Source of the DNA: an uncultured Bacteroidota bacterium
GTDB taxonomy: Bacteria > Bacteroidota > Bacteroidia > NS11-12g > UBA9320
Assembly (NCBI GenBank): GCA_937124965.1
Contig: CAKZLB010000016.1
Span: 24,712 to 88,711, forward strand
Length of the DNA: 64,000 nucleotides
Direction: 5' to 3'
Below the pieces are notes generated by a model. The model saw nothing but the letters and a program-made list of their open reading frames with translations. It was not told the DNA's origin and did not search any database. Positions 8,180-17,499 of this stretch are shown here, piece after piece. Each line of letters starts with the position of its first letter. Within the stretch, counting starts at the first letter, position 1. Made by a program: the position numbers and the translations under genes.

Positions 8180-9280
8180 TTATTTATTGTAAACGTAAAC
8201 AGGTGCAGCAAGTCCCTTTAACGTTTCAGGTTCTGTATCGTTCAGGTATTGTAATACATCATGTGACGTAATCATATACGAATGCATATCCGACACCATT
8301 CGATCCATGCATTCTTTATTCGACTCGTCTACATGAAAGATTTGGCGAAGTTCTCCCTTAGACAAAAACGACTTGCTTCGCTTTTCACCTTTAGAAAAAA
8401 CTACCTCTGTTTTGTACGTGATGATGAAGTCATCGTCCGTAAAATGTTTCCTTAGAAGTAGGGAATATTTATGCTTGTCACGTGAATACTTTCCATATAT
8501 AGGCCCAATCTCTATGCGTTTTAACACCTTGGGCATAATGTTTTCGTATGCATTATCAATATCCGATGCCATCACTTTAAGTGGCGCGGAATTATGCGTA
8601 ATTTTCTTCAACGTTTCAACAAAAGCTGGGTCGTTGTCTACACCAGACAAAGGGTCTTTTGAAACCAGTGGGTTGTCAAAAATCATTATGTAGATATATG
8701 GTTTGTTCGTTACACTGTCGTAAGACGCCCATGAATAAAAGAAAGTTCGTGTTTTATGTTCGTCTGTATGTTGATTAAGCAACTCAATGCTACCCGGGGT
8801 AAATTCAGTAAATAAATTACTCCATTGTAATCGTATGTAGTAGCTCGATTTACTTAATTTATTCAGTAACGAAATCGGGTCAGACTTCTTTCGAACCATA
8901 TGGTCTAAGATGCTTTGTTTTAAAGAATCTTTCGATGGCAATTTCGCTAACTCCGCATCTTTTTTGTCAATATCCGCATCCAGCTTCTTAAATTCCATAA
9001 AGTTTGGGAAGCCACTTTCCGTGACGTCCACAAGCATAGAATTTGTCTCGTCGTATGCATACTTTAATCGTAAAGCTTCTATGGAATTAAGATACTTTTG
9101 AGAAAAGCTCTTCAGTGCTTTTATTTCTTTCGAATCTTCCGATGTGAGACTGTCGAACGAATTCAACAAAATCTCCAGACAGTTTTTTACGTAGTTGAAG
9201 TAATCGGAGTATGCGTTCTCGCCAGCTAGAATACTCCGATCTAACTCTGTAAAATGATTGTTTATATCAATGGTCTTCAC
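8180..9280 (-). CDS. Hypothetical 366-aa protein. Operon member, no recognised domain.
   Basis: Long ORF in the same orientation. There is a 9-nt gap to the upstream gene. Confidence 0.6.
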   Translation of the reverse strand: MKTIDINNHFTELDRSILAGENAYSDYFNYVKNCLEILLNSFDSLTSEDSKEIKALKSFSQKYLNSIEALRLKYAYDETNSMLVDVTESGFPNFMEFKKLDADIDKKDAELAKLPSKDSLKQSILDHMVRKKSDPISLLNKLSKSSYYIRLQWSNLFTEFTPGSIELLNQHTDEHKTRTFFYSWASYDSVTNKPYIYIMIFDNPLVSKDPLSGVDNDPAFVETLKKITHNSAPLKVMASDIDNAYENIMPKVLKRIEIGPIYGKYSRDKHKYSLLLRKHFTDDDFIITYKTEVVFSKGEKRSKSFLSKGELRQIFHVDESNKECMDRMVSDMHSYMITSHDVLQYLNDTEPETLKGLAAPVYVYNK

Positions 9281-9289
9281 GTCGTACGA

Positions 9290-10669
9290 TTAGTCCATCA
9301 AGTTATTGACTGAATCATTGGAAGGTTTGTTTGGTGTGCCATTGTCTTTAGGCGCGTCATCGTTGCCTGTCTTTTCGTGCTTAAACGAGAATGTTTCGCT
9401 TACATCAATTCCAAACTTTTTACCATGCTGTTCCATGATTTTAGCATCTTCTTCCTTGTATTTTGCCGTTGCTTCAGCCATTGCTACCAATACTTGATGC
9501 AATTCGGTCATACGTTTAGGATGTTTTTTAACACGTTCAATTCTATCTTTTTCAGAACCGACGAGCACTTTAGCAGCAATCTCAGTTATTTTTTGATCGG
9601 TTTTAACACCAGCTTCTTCATACATCGAAGCAGCTTCTTGCGCTGTTGCCGACTGAATTAATTGCAATCCAGATTCGTATGTTGCAACTCTTTCTTCTGT
9701 ATCACTCTTCAGCTGACCAATAAGCTGTTTAAGGTTGTTCTTAGTTGTGGTTTGAGCCTCAAGGTGGATAACAATTTGATCAACAAATCGCTCTTTTGAC
9801 TGAAAGATTCCCAATGCAATATTGAACTTACCTTTCAGGTCAGACCTACGTTCTTTTAAGTCGGCAACTTTCTTTTCTTGGGCAGTATACTCAGGGCTAT
9901 TGTTTGGCAACTCGGTAAGTTCGGTTTCGGCTTGCTTAAGTTCGTTTTCCGTTTGTTCAAGATCTGCCTTGCGATCTTCCATAATTGTCGCAGCCTTTTC
10001 TTTCGTTTCGAACGCAAGTTCTTTTCTATTTTTAAGTGAAACTATTTGTGCGTCAACATCGATAATCATGTTTTCTACAATACCCACCATGCCTTGTACC
10101 TGGCTGATGATTCGGTTTAGACTTTCTCCGATATCTGCGTTTTTAAGACGATCTCTATAACGTTTTTGAGCTTCTTCCTCTGCAGCTTTTAATGCAGAAA
10201 TCATTTGCTCAAGTTCTTCTTTACTCTTTTTTACTTTGCTGTTTTTGTAACCAAATAAAATATTCCAAGCATTCGACATACCCTCAGCGTCCATCACTTC
10301 AACTTCTGCTTTTTTACGAGCATTGCTGGCGTTTTCTACCAGTTTTTGTTCGGATGCATTAAGTTCTTGAAGCTTCGAAAACTCTCCTCCACAACTATCA
10401 AGCATTGATCGTAAGTGAAGCATTAGTTCTTGTAAATCCTGTTCCGTGGCTTCGACATCGCCATTTAAGGAGTCGAAATTTGCATTGATGATACCATCAA
10501 CAATTTCTTCTGAAGATCTATTTTCTTCAACCGCTTTTTCAATATCGGCTTCTATTTGGTCAAGTTTGGAGGTGATGTCCTCACCTGTTTTTTTTTCAAG
10601 TTTTGCTTTTAGGGTTTCTACTTTTTTTTGATCACCCAATTGGTCTAGCAAATCAAAGGAGTCTGACAT
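9290..10669 (-). CDS. Acidic coiled-coil protein, 459 aa and almost entirely helical with glutamate/lysine-rich heptads. It may be TelA-like or PspA/ESCRT-III-like. First gene of the operon.
   Basis: Composition and heptad-like runs such as KADLEQTENELKQAETELTEL and LKERRSDLKGKF. There are no TM segments. A divergent promoter region lies upstream. Confidence 0.65.
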   Translation of the reverse strand: MSDSFDLLDQLGDQKKVETLKAKLEKKTGEDITSKLDQIEADIEKAVEENRSSEEIVDGIINANFDSLNGDVEATEQDLQELMLHLRSMLDSCGGEFSKLQELNASEQKLVENASNARKKAEVEVMDAEGMSNAWNILFGYKNSKVKKSKEELEQMISALKAAEEEAQKRYRDRLKNADIGESLNRIISQVQGMVGIVENMIIDVDAQIVSLKNRKELAFETKEKAATIMEDRKADLEQTENELKQAETELTELPNNSPEYTAQEKKVADLKERRSDLKGKFNIALGIFQSKERFVDQIVIHLEAQTTTKNNLKQLIGQLKSDTEERVATYESGLQLIQSATAQEAASMYEEAGVKTDQKITEIAAKVLVGSEKDRIERVKKHPKRMTELHQVLVAMAEATAKYKEEDAKIMEQHGKKFGIDVSETFSFKHEKTGNDDAPKDNGTPNKPSNDSVNNLMD

Positions 10670-10695
10670 ATAATTCGTTTTAAGGTTAAGATGCC

Positions 10696-10703
10696 CAAAT
10701 TTA
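10696..10703 (-). promoter_or_regulatory. Candidate Bacteroidetes -7 promoter element TAAATTTG for the six-gene operon.
   Basis: The minus-strand sequence ...ttattaaaTTTGggcatc... lies about 30 nt upstream of the ATG at 10669 and matches the TAnnTTTG consensus. No clear -33 TTG was found. Confidence 0.3.
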
Positions 10704-10924
10704 ATAATTTAAACCTGACATCGATTATTATTTAAAGTTTAAGCCGACAGGAAAAAGGGATTATCGACTAAAAAATAGGGTAAGATTTGATGGTTGTTCA
10801 GTTTTTGTTGATAGATGATAAACGATTACATGATTGACACAGATATAGTTGACGATATTATTAGTTGTACGCGGTCATGCCGGAAAAGTTACATCGTATT
10901 TCGGGTTAAATATTGTTTCTTTGA

Positions 10925-11860
10925 ATGATGATTTCCGTCGTAATACCAATTTACAATGAAGAAGCCAACATCCTGCCCATGTATAAGCGGATGACTGCGG
11001 TTTTTGATAAGCTCAATTTGGATCGAGAATATGTTTATGTAAACGACGGAAGTGCGGATAAAAGCCAAGAAATTCTTATTGAATTAGCCAACGAGCATCA
11101 AGACGTAAAGTATATCAATTTTAGCAGAAATTTTGGGCATCAAATAGCGGTAAGTGCGGGGTTGGAGTTCTCGTCAGGCGATAAAATAGTAATCATCGAT
11201 GCTGATGGGCAAGATCCGCCAGAAGTAATTGAAGATTTATACCTCAAGAGCATCGAAGGATTTGAGGTGGTCTATGCAAAGCGAGCAGAGCGAAAAGGTG
11301 AGTCTGCCATGAAAAAAGCAACTGCGAAGTGGTTCTACCGAATATTAAACAAAATTATTCACTTCGACATCCCGCTAGATACTGGAGATTTTAGAATCAT
11401 GGATCGTAAGATTGTCAACCAATTGTTGATGATGCCAGAGCGACACAAGTTTCTTCGAGGACAAATATCTTGGATAGGTTTCAACCAAACGTATGTAACG
11501 TACAATCGGGAAGAACGCATGAGTGGTCAGACTGGATACAGTTATTCCAAAATGATTCGCTTTGCATTGGATGGAATTACATCGTTTAGTAATTGGCCGT
11601 TAAAAATTGCAACAATCAGTGGGTTTCTATTTTCGTTTATTGGTTTCTTGTTGATTTTATACACCCTGTATTCTCGGTATGTCATCAAAGATTATCAACC
11701 AGGGTGGGCGTCACAAATGGTAACAATGATTTTTATTGGAGGAATACAATTAATAGGAATTGGTATCATAGGAGAATATATAAGTCGGATGAATGAAAAC
11801 ATTAAGAACCGTCCGTTGTATATAGTTAAAGATTCGAATATTCCTCATGCATCAGATTGA
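10925..11860 (+). CDS. Family-2 glycosyltransferase, polyprenyl-phosphate sugar transferase type (GtrB/ArnC/DPM1-like), with two C-terminal TM helices.
   Basis: VVIPIYNEEANI...YVNDGSADKS...IIDADGQDPP are the DXD and GT-A motifs. The C-terminal TMs are ATISGFLFSFIGFLLILY and VTMIFIGGIQLIGIGIIGEY. Confidence 0.85.
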   Translation: MMISVVIPIYNEEANILPMYKRMTAVFDKLNLDREYVYVNDGSADKSQEILIELANEHQDVKYINFSRNFGHQIAVSAGLEFSSGDKIVIIDADGQDPPEVIEDLYLKSIEGFEVVYAKRAERKGESAMKKATAKWFYRILNKIIHFDIPLDTGDFRIMDRKIVNQLLMMPERHKFLRGQISWIGFNQTYVTYNREERMSGQTGYSYSKMIRFALDGITSFSNWPLKIATISGFLFSFIGFLLILYTLYSRYVIKDYQPGWASQMVTMIFIGGIQLIGIGIIGEYISRMNENIKNRPLYIVKDSNIPHASD

Positions 11861-12422
11861 GCCACATTTTCTTTGGCGACATGTTTATAAAGCGAGTAGC
11901 GACCCAAACAGTCCGTTTTATCGAACGCAGTATAGTCAGTTTGAATACACCAACAAAATCTATAACTACTTGGTCCACCCTCAATGGGATTATTTTGGCA
12001 GTGAAACGTTATTGCTAAAAGTTCTTTTTGTAGACTATGATGAGAAGTATGCAATTATTGAAATGATTGGAGAGTGGAACGACGCAATTCACAATGATAT
12101 TGCAGTCTTGAAACGAGAGGTAATTGACGAAATGCTTGATTTGGGTATTGAAAAGTTCATACTCCTTGGGGAAAATGTCTTGAATTTTCATTCTGGAGAT
12201 GATGCTTATTACCAGGAATGGTGGGAAGATACGCCAGGTGGGTGGATTGCCTTTTTACATTTTCGAGATCACATTATGGATGAAATGGAGGCTGCAGGCA
12301 TTGACTCTTATATCAAGTTGGAGGAAGAAGATGAAACCACTTGGTCTTGGAAAACTAAAAAACCCGAGCAGCTATTCGAAGCAGTCGACCAATTGATGAT
12401 GAAGGAGTTGGGAGGGCAATAG
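11847..12422 (+). CDS. Hypothetical 191-aa acidic protein.
   Basis: ORF overlapping the glycosyltransferase gene end by 14 nt. No motif recognised. Confidence 0.5.
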   Translation: MHQIEPHFLWRHVYKASSDPNSPFYRTQYSQFEYTNKIYNYLVHPQWDYFGSETLLLKVLFVDYDEKYAIIEMIGEWNDAIHNDIAVLKREVIDEMLDLGIEKFILLGENVLNFHSGDDAYYQEWWEDTPGGWIAFLHFRDHIMDEMEAAGIDSYIKLEEEDETTWSWKTKKPEQLFEAVDQLMMKELGGQ

Positions 12423-12427
12423 GTCAG

Positions 12428-12475
12428 TTCCACTTAAAAGGTTTCGATTTATTTCGGAACCCTTCTTTGTTCATT
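12428..12475. terminator. Possible weak bidirectional terminator.
   Basis: ggtttcga / tcggaacc form an 8 bp stem with one G-U around a tttat loop. A T-rich stretch follows. Confidence 0.3.
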
Positions 12476-12574
12476 AATTAACAAGGTGCAAAACCAGCCA
12501 ATCATTGATTTACTTCGTCTTTAAATGCCTTCAATTTATCCAGATCTCCATTTATATCATAAGACTTCGAGTTG

Positions 12575-13000
12575 TTAAAAAGATTTCCAATGGCTCCAAT
12601 CACTGACCCAAGACCAAATCCAAAAAAAAGCCCCAAAACCTGCTGTTGTACCTCTATCGAAACATACTAAAGCGCCAGAATTAGAGCAATCTTCCGGCCC
12701 AAAAAAACCTATAACAGCCCCTGTGGATACTCCTATTAATGCGCCTCTACCGACATTTTGGTTAAAAGAACGTTTCGTTTTGATTCTACCAATAGTGCTT
12801 GCTTGAATATTTATAGTGTCAAACCTATGTAGTAATTGAATGGACGAGTCGGAAATAGAAAGAATTATTCCACTAGCAATCTTATCACCCGAATAATTCA
12901 AATCGTACATGCGTACAAAGAGATTCGTGTCTTTGAGTTTGGTTTGAGCAAATGCATTGGTTATCAACAACAATGCGGTAATAAAAAACAGATTTTTCAT
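12575..13000 (-). CDS. Secreted or lipoprotein with a C-terminal glycine-zipper (2TM-type) domain.
   Basis: The signal peptide MKNLFFITALLLITNAFAQ gives a likely start at 13000 rather than 13054. The C-terminus is GALIGVSTGAVIGFFGP...TTAGFGAFFWIW. Confidence 0.7.
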   Translation of the reverse strand: MKNLFFITALLLITNAFAQTKLKDTNLFVRMYDLNYSGDKIASGIILSISDSSIQLLHRFDTINIQASTIGRIKTKRSFNQNVGRGALIGVSTGAVIGFFGPEDCSNSGALVCFDRGTTAGFGAFFWIWSWVSDWSHWKSF

Positions 13001-13072
13001 AATATTATAGATTAGGACGTGAATTGAGATGTGCGAAATAAAGAGACTAAACAACTAAGCATAATGCAACCC

Positions 13073-13846
13073 TCATTGTTCAATATGGTACTTTATCAGG
13101 TTCCATATTTGCTTCTTTTCTAGAAACTCTTTTCGAACATTGTTACTATCCTTTTCAAGAATTTCTTTACGAATCACACCAATATTTTTTGCACTGTAGA
13201 TTACGGTGCTCTTGTTGTTGAATACCATGTTGTTTTTATCGTGTTTTATAACAACATTTTCAAAAACTAACTGTCCAATCGATAGAGTAGGGTAAACGGT
13301 ATCATTTGCTGTATTAAAAATCGGTGTGCCGCCCTTATATACGTATCCAGTATTCCATGTAGTATCTAGAGTTAGTTCACGCTCTTTATTAAAATACGTA
13401 CTAGGCATTATCATAAAAATGGTAGGTTCAAGAACATAGTATGGTAAGTGGCTAGGTCTTAGATACACAGTATTTTTATGATATGTTTCAGAAAGACGGT
13501 AACAAAACGAGTCAGACATTGTCGAAGCGCAATAAGATGCTAAATAGGGCAAATAAGGGTGGTTTATTGGAGACCACCTGAAACTAAGATTTGGTTTCTG
13601 CTCAGTGCTAGCAACATTTTTAATAACCCAAACACTATCCCTTAAACCAGAAAGCTGTTCCTCATATACCCACCAAGTTCCAGTTTTAAAAGACCCCCAG
13701 TCTTTTAATTCTTGCGAAAACGATTCTTGCCAAGACGAATCTGAAGCCTTCTTAAGGTTCTCGATTTCTTCTCTTTCGCAACCCTCAAATATCAAAAAGA
13801 ATAGAATGATATAAATATACCGACTAATAATAGATGTGACTTTCAT
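13073..13846 (-). CDS. Putative lipoprotein. Unknown function.
   Basis: N-terminal hydrophobic signal followed by a Cys (ILFFLIFEGC). Confidence 0.6.
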   Translation of the reverse strand: MKVTSIISRYIYIILFFLIFEGCEREEIENLKKASDSSWQESFSQELKDWGSFKTGTWWVYEEQLSGLRDSVWVIKNVASTEQKPNLSFRWSPINHPYLPYLASYCASTMSDSFCYRLSETYHKNTVYLRPSHLPYYVLEPTIFMIMPSTYFNKERELTLDTTWNTGYVYKGGTPIFNTANDTVYPTLSIGQLVFENVVIKHDKNNMVFNNKSTVIYSAKNIGVIRKEILEKDSNNVRKEFLEKKQIWNLIKYHIEQ

Positions 13847-14229
13847 AATTTAATTAATTAGGATTTGTTTTGTGGTACCAAAAGTATTGTGTACACAAGT
13901 GCTTTTTGTATCACAAACAGATTGTTTTCGATGTATTTGTAGTTAATTTTGCCTTAAAAAATGGCGGTGAGCCATATTTTTGCAACAATCAATACTGGTT
14001 GCCGAAATTTGGTTTGTGTTTGCATATATCGATTAAGAGGGCTTCATCTTTCATTTGCCTTTTGTATGAATAATTTTAGAATACTGAGCAAGACAAATCT
14101 CTGCATCGGACTTAGGTAATTTTCATCGAGTTATTGTAATTTTTTCGACTCCCGGCAGGCAGCAATAACGAAATGTGCTTTAACAAAGATACAATGAGTT
14201 AATACTACAATGAATAGATATTGGGGGTT

Positions 14230-14488
14230 TTAGTACTTCATAAACTTCACACAGCTTCCGTTTTCTGACCTGAGTATGTATAGTCCGCTTGTCAAATGTG
14301 AAATATCTTGACCAAGGTCAAAGTTGAATTCTTTTTCATCAAACACCATATTGCTGAGTGCGTTATAGATACGAACTAGATCTCTTTTTAGTTAGATGAA
14401 TGACATCAATGGCAGGGTTAGGGTAAATAACTAAATCAGGTTTAGGACTATTTTTAACATATGAATCCTCGATGTAATAAAGTTCCAT
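14230..14488 (-). pseudogene. Orphan, frame-disrupted remnant of a T9SS type-A C-terminal sorting domain.
   Basis: Minus-strand translations give MELYYIEDSYVKNSPKPDLVIYPNPAIDVIHLTKKRSSSYL*. In another frame the sequence reads IYNALSNMVFDEKEFNFDLGQDISHLTSGLYILRSENGSCVKFMKY*. These are typical CTD start (YPNPA.D...) and end (GLYIL...NG...K) motifs. They are separated by stops, and no cargo gene lies upstream. Confidence 0.6.
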
Positions 14489-14528
14489 GCCTTATCGCAT
14501 TACCTCATTAACTCAATGTCTTATTTAA

Positions 14529-15797
14529 TCACTCCGTCGTGTCAATTTTTAACCGAACCGTTTCAATCCGATGATCTTCAGAATGTAAAATGGTGAAAAT
14601 AAATCGACCTAAATCAATAGTTTCTCCTTCGTTTGGAATGCTTTGATGTTCTGAAATAATAAATCCTCCCAACGTCTCATAATCACCATCTGGGATTTGT
14701 AAATTGTACTTTTCGTTTAGAAAATCCACTTCCAATTTTGAGGATAATTCATATTCTAAATCAGAAATCTTTTTATCAATGATGTCTGTCTGATCGTCGT
14801 GCTCGTCTTCGATTTCTCCAAATATTTCTTCAATAATATCTTCCGTAGTTACGATTCCGGATGTGCCTCCAAACTCATCCACAACAACAGCTATACTTTT
14901 TCTATTAACGGTAAAATCATTCAACATTTCATTCGCCAACTTTGATTCATTTGTAATCAATATTGGAATCAAAATGGAACTAATGTTTTTTGGTTCTTTG
15001 AACAAATCAATATGGTGCACGTAACCGATAATATTGTCAATCGTTTCTTTATATACCAGAACCTTGCTATGACCACTTTCCATAAAAAGGGCCAGTAATT
15101 CATCCACAGAACTGTTTAAATCAATAGCAACTAATGCCGTTCGGGGAATCATGCATTCGCGTATTTGAACCGAACCAAAATCTAGAGCATTTTTAAGAAT
15201 ATCGGTATCAACATCACGGTCGTCTTCGTTTTTATGTTTTTGACTTTCAGTGATATAATGGTCTAAATCTAGTCGACTAAAGGTTGGACTTTCCTCCGTA
15301 AACTCTTTCTTCAACACCAAACGTAAGATGCTTTTCGCCAACCAAAGTGTAAATCGAACGATAGGAGAAAGGACTTTTGCGAAGAATTGAAACGGATAAA
15401 TAAGCACGCTCAAGATACCTGTAGGGTTTATCCGAAACATTGCTTTTGGTAAAAACTCAGCAAGAACTAAAACAACTAGCGTTGAGATAAACGTAATCAG
15501 TAACATCTGACTAAAGCCTTCCAAGTGTAAGCCAAAAATGTCGGAGAGGCTCTTGTCGAGCAAAGTCTCCATCGCAATACCATAAATGACGATGGCAATG
15601 TTATTCCCAACGAGAATTGTACTGATAAACTTCGAGGGAGTCTTGATATACTTTGCGCAGATAACAGCCCATTTCACACCTTGAACACTCTTCAATTCAA
15701 TGCGAAGTTTGTTTGCAGATAAAAAGGCAATTTCCAAACCAGAGAAAAATGCCGAAAGTAGGAGGGTCAGAAATATAACCAGTAAGGAAGATTCCAT
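14529..15797 (-). CDS. CNNM/HlyC-CorC family transporter-associated protein (DUF21 TM domain plus CBS pair plus CorC_HlyC).
   Basis: The likely start is MESSLLVIFLTLLLSAFFSGLEIAF (15797), which is a DUF21 N-terminus. CBS-type and C-terminal transporter-associated regions follow. Confidence 0.8.
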   Translation of the reverse strand: MESSLLVIFLTLLLSAFFSGLEIAFLSANKLRIELKSVQGVKWAVICAKYIKTPSKFISTILVGNNIAIVIYGIAMETLLDKSLSDIFGLHLEGFSQMLLITFISTLVVLVLAEFLPKAMFRINPTGILSVLIYPFQFFAKVLSPIVRFTLWLAKSILRLVLKKEFTEESPTFSRLDLDHYITESQKHKNEDDRDVDTDILKNALDFGSVQIRECMIPRTALVAIDLNSSVDELLALFMESGHSKVLVYKETIDNIIGYVHHIDLFKEPKNISSILIPILITNESKLANEMLNDFTVNRKSIAVVVDEFGGTSGIVTTEDIIEEIFGEIEDEHDDQTDIIDKKISDLEYELSSKLEVDFLNEKYNLQIPDGDYETLGGFIISEHQSIPNEGETIDLGRFIFTILHSEDHRIETVRLKIDTTE

Positions 15798-15899
15798 AGT
15801 GCTTAAGCGCACTACAAAAGTATATAAATAATCGGATTGTATGTCTACACTTCTCTTTCGCAGGCAGTTGCAAAGCATTATTTTTGCCCTGTTTTACTC

Positions 15900-17432
15900 A
15901 TGGAAAGAAAAGTTCGCGTTCGTTTTGCGCCTAGTCCAACTGGACCCTTACATATTGGTGGTGTTCGTACTGCCTTGTACAATTACCTTTTTGCTAAAAA
16001 GCATGGTGGAGATTTTATTCTTCGTATTGAAGATACTGACCAAAAACGATTTGTGCCTGGTGCTGAAGATTATATCAACGAATCGTTGGCATGGTTAGGT
16101 ATTTCTCCTGATGAAGGTGTTCGTCAAGGTGGTGAATTTGCTCCATATAGACAAAGTGAGCGAATGTCTATGTACAAGCAATATGCAGATCAATTGGTAA
16201 CTTCTGGATACGCATATTATGCTTTTGATACAACAGAAGACCTTGAGGAAATGCGTGCAAAATTAGAAGCTGCACGTATGCCTGCTAAATACGATGCAAG
16301 CTCGCGAATGAGTATGAAAAACTCTTTGAGCATGAGTGAGGATGAAGTTTCTAAGCGATTGGAGAATGGCGATCCATATGTTATCCGGATTAAACTTCCT
16401 AGAAAAGAGGAAGTTCGGTTTCATGATGAAGTAAGAGGCTGGGTAGTTGTTCATTCTTCACAGATGGACGACAAGGTTTTAATAAAGCAAGATGGTTTGC
16501 CTACCTACCATTTAGCTAACGTGGTGGATGATCACATCATGCAAATTTCACATGTAATTCGTGGTGAAGAGTGGTTGCCATCAGCGCCGTTACACGTTTT
16601 ATTATACAGATATTTAGGTTGGGAAGAAACAATGCCGAAGCTAGCTCATTTGTCTCTACTATTAAAGCCTGATGGCAAAGGCAAACTGAGCAAACGAGAC
16701 GGTGATCGATTAGGGTTTCCTGTTTTTCCTCTTGAATGGAAAGATCCAAAAACACAAGAAATTAGTTCTGGGTATCGCGAAAGTGGATACTTACCTGAGG
16801 CGGTAATCAATATGTTGGCGTTACTTGGTTGGCATCCATCCGATAACCAAGAGATATTTAGCTTAGAAGAATTGGTTCAAGCGTTTAGTCTTGAAAAGGT
16901 TTCAAAGAGTGGTGCTAAGTTTGACGCTGATAAGGCAAAATGGTTTAATAACCGATACTTGCAAGCGATGGACAATTCTGAATTGTCAACGTTAATACGA
17001 CCTCTTTTAGCTGCAAAAGGTTGGGAGGCTGAAGACGAATATCTAACCAATGTGGTAGCCATGGTCAAGGAAAAAGTCAACTTTGCTCCTGAAATCTTGG
17101 AGGTGTCAGAATATTTCTTTGTTGCTCCAACATCGTACGACGAAAAAACGGTAAAAAAGAAATGGAAAGGTGACACACCAGCGATGATTAAAGAATTGGC
17201 TGATGACTTTGATACAATTGCCTTGTTTACGGCGGATGTGGTACAAGAAAGCTTTAGCAAGTTTGTCGAATCAAAAGGTGTCAGCCCAGGCAGTTTGATG
17301 CAACCATTGCGATTGTCCGTGAGTGGAATGGCTGGAGGTCCTCCAATTTTCGAAATGTTGGAATTGTTAGGGAAAGACGTGGTTGTTTCTCGAATGAGGA
17401 CTGCAAACGAATCTATCCCATCTCCAGAATAG
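15900..17432 (+). CDS. gltX: Glutamate--tRNA ligase.
   Basis: The start MERKVRVRFAPSPTGPLHIGG carries the HIGH motif. KLSKRDG is the KMSKS motif. The length is about 510 aa. Confidence 0.9.
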   Translation: MERKVRVRFAPSPTGPLHIGGVRTALYNYLFAKKHGGDFILRIEDTDQKRFVPGAEDYINESLAWLGISPDEGVRQGGEFAPYRQSERMSMYKQYADQLVTSGYAYYAFDTTEDLEEMRAKLEAARMPAKYDASSRMSMKNSLSMSEDEVSKRLENGDPYVIRIKLPRKEEVRFHDEVRGWVVVHSSQMDDKVLIKQDGLPTYHLANVVDDHIMQISHVIRGEEWLPSAPLHVLLYRYLGWEETMPKLAHLSLLLKPDGKGKLSKRDGDRLGFPVFPLEWKDPKTQEISSGYRESGYLPEAVINMLALLGWHPSDNQEIFSLEELVQAFSLEKVSKSGAKFDADKAKWFNNRYLQAMDNSELSTLIRPLLAAKGWEAEDEYLTNVVAMVKEKVNFAPEILEVSEYFFVAPTSYDEKTVKKKWKGDTPAMIKELADDFDTIALFTADVVQESFSKFVESKGVSPGSLMQPLRLSVSGMAGGPPIFEMLELLGKDVVVSRMRTANESIPSPE

Positions 17433-17499
17433 GACATAATCTAAGTCGTGTGAATTTTGAAGGTAACATCAATTGTTAAAGTTGTCGTAGTTTCGTTCT

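Noticed and set aside
11593-12054. ORFs 11593..11796 (+) and 11845..12054 (-) as genes.
   Set aside because: Both overlap better-supported genes (the glycosyltransferase and the 191-aa ORF) in other frames.
15837-15899. N-terminal extensions of gltX (to 15837), of the CNNM gene (to 15878), of nif3 (to 25526), icd (to 17854), degP (to 45269), the glycine-zipper gene (to 13054) and DUF3050-like gene (to 56994).
   Set aside because: In each case the family's N-terminus begins at an internal Met (HIGH motif start, signal peptide and so on), and the longer extension would overlap the divergent neighbour.
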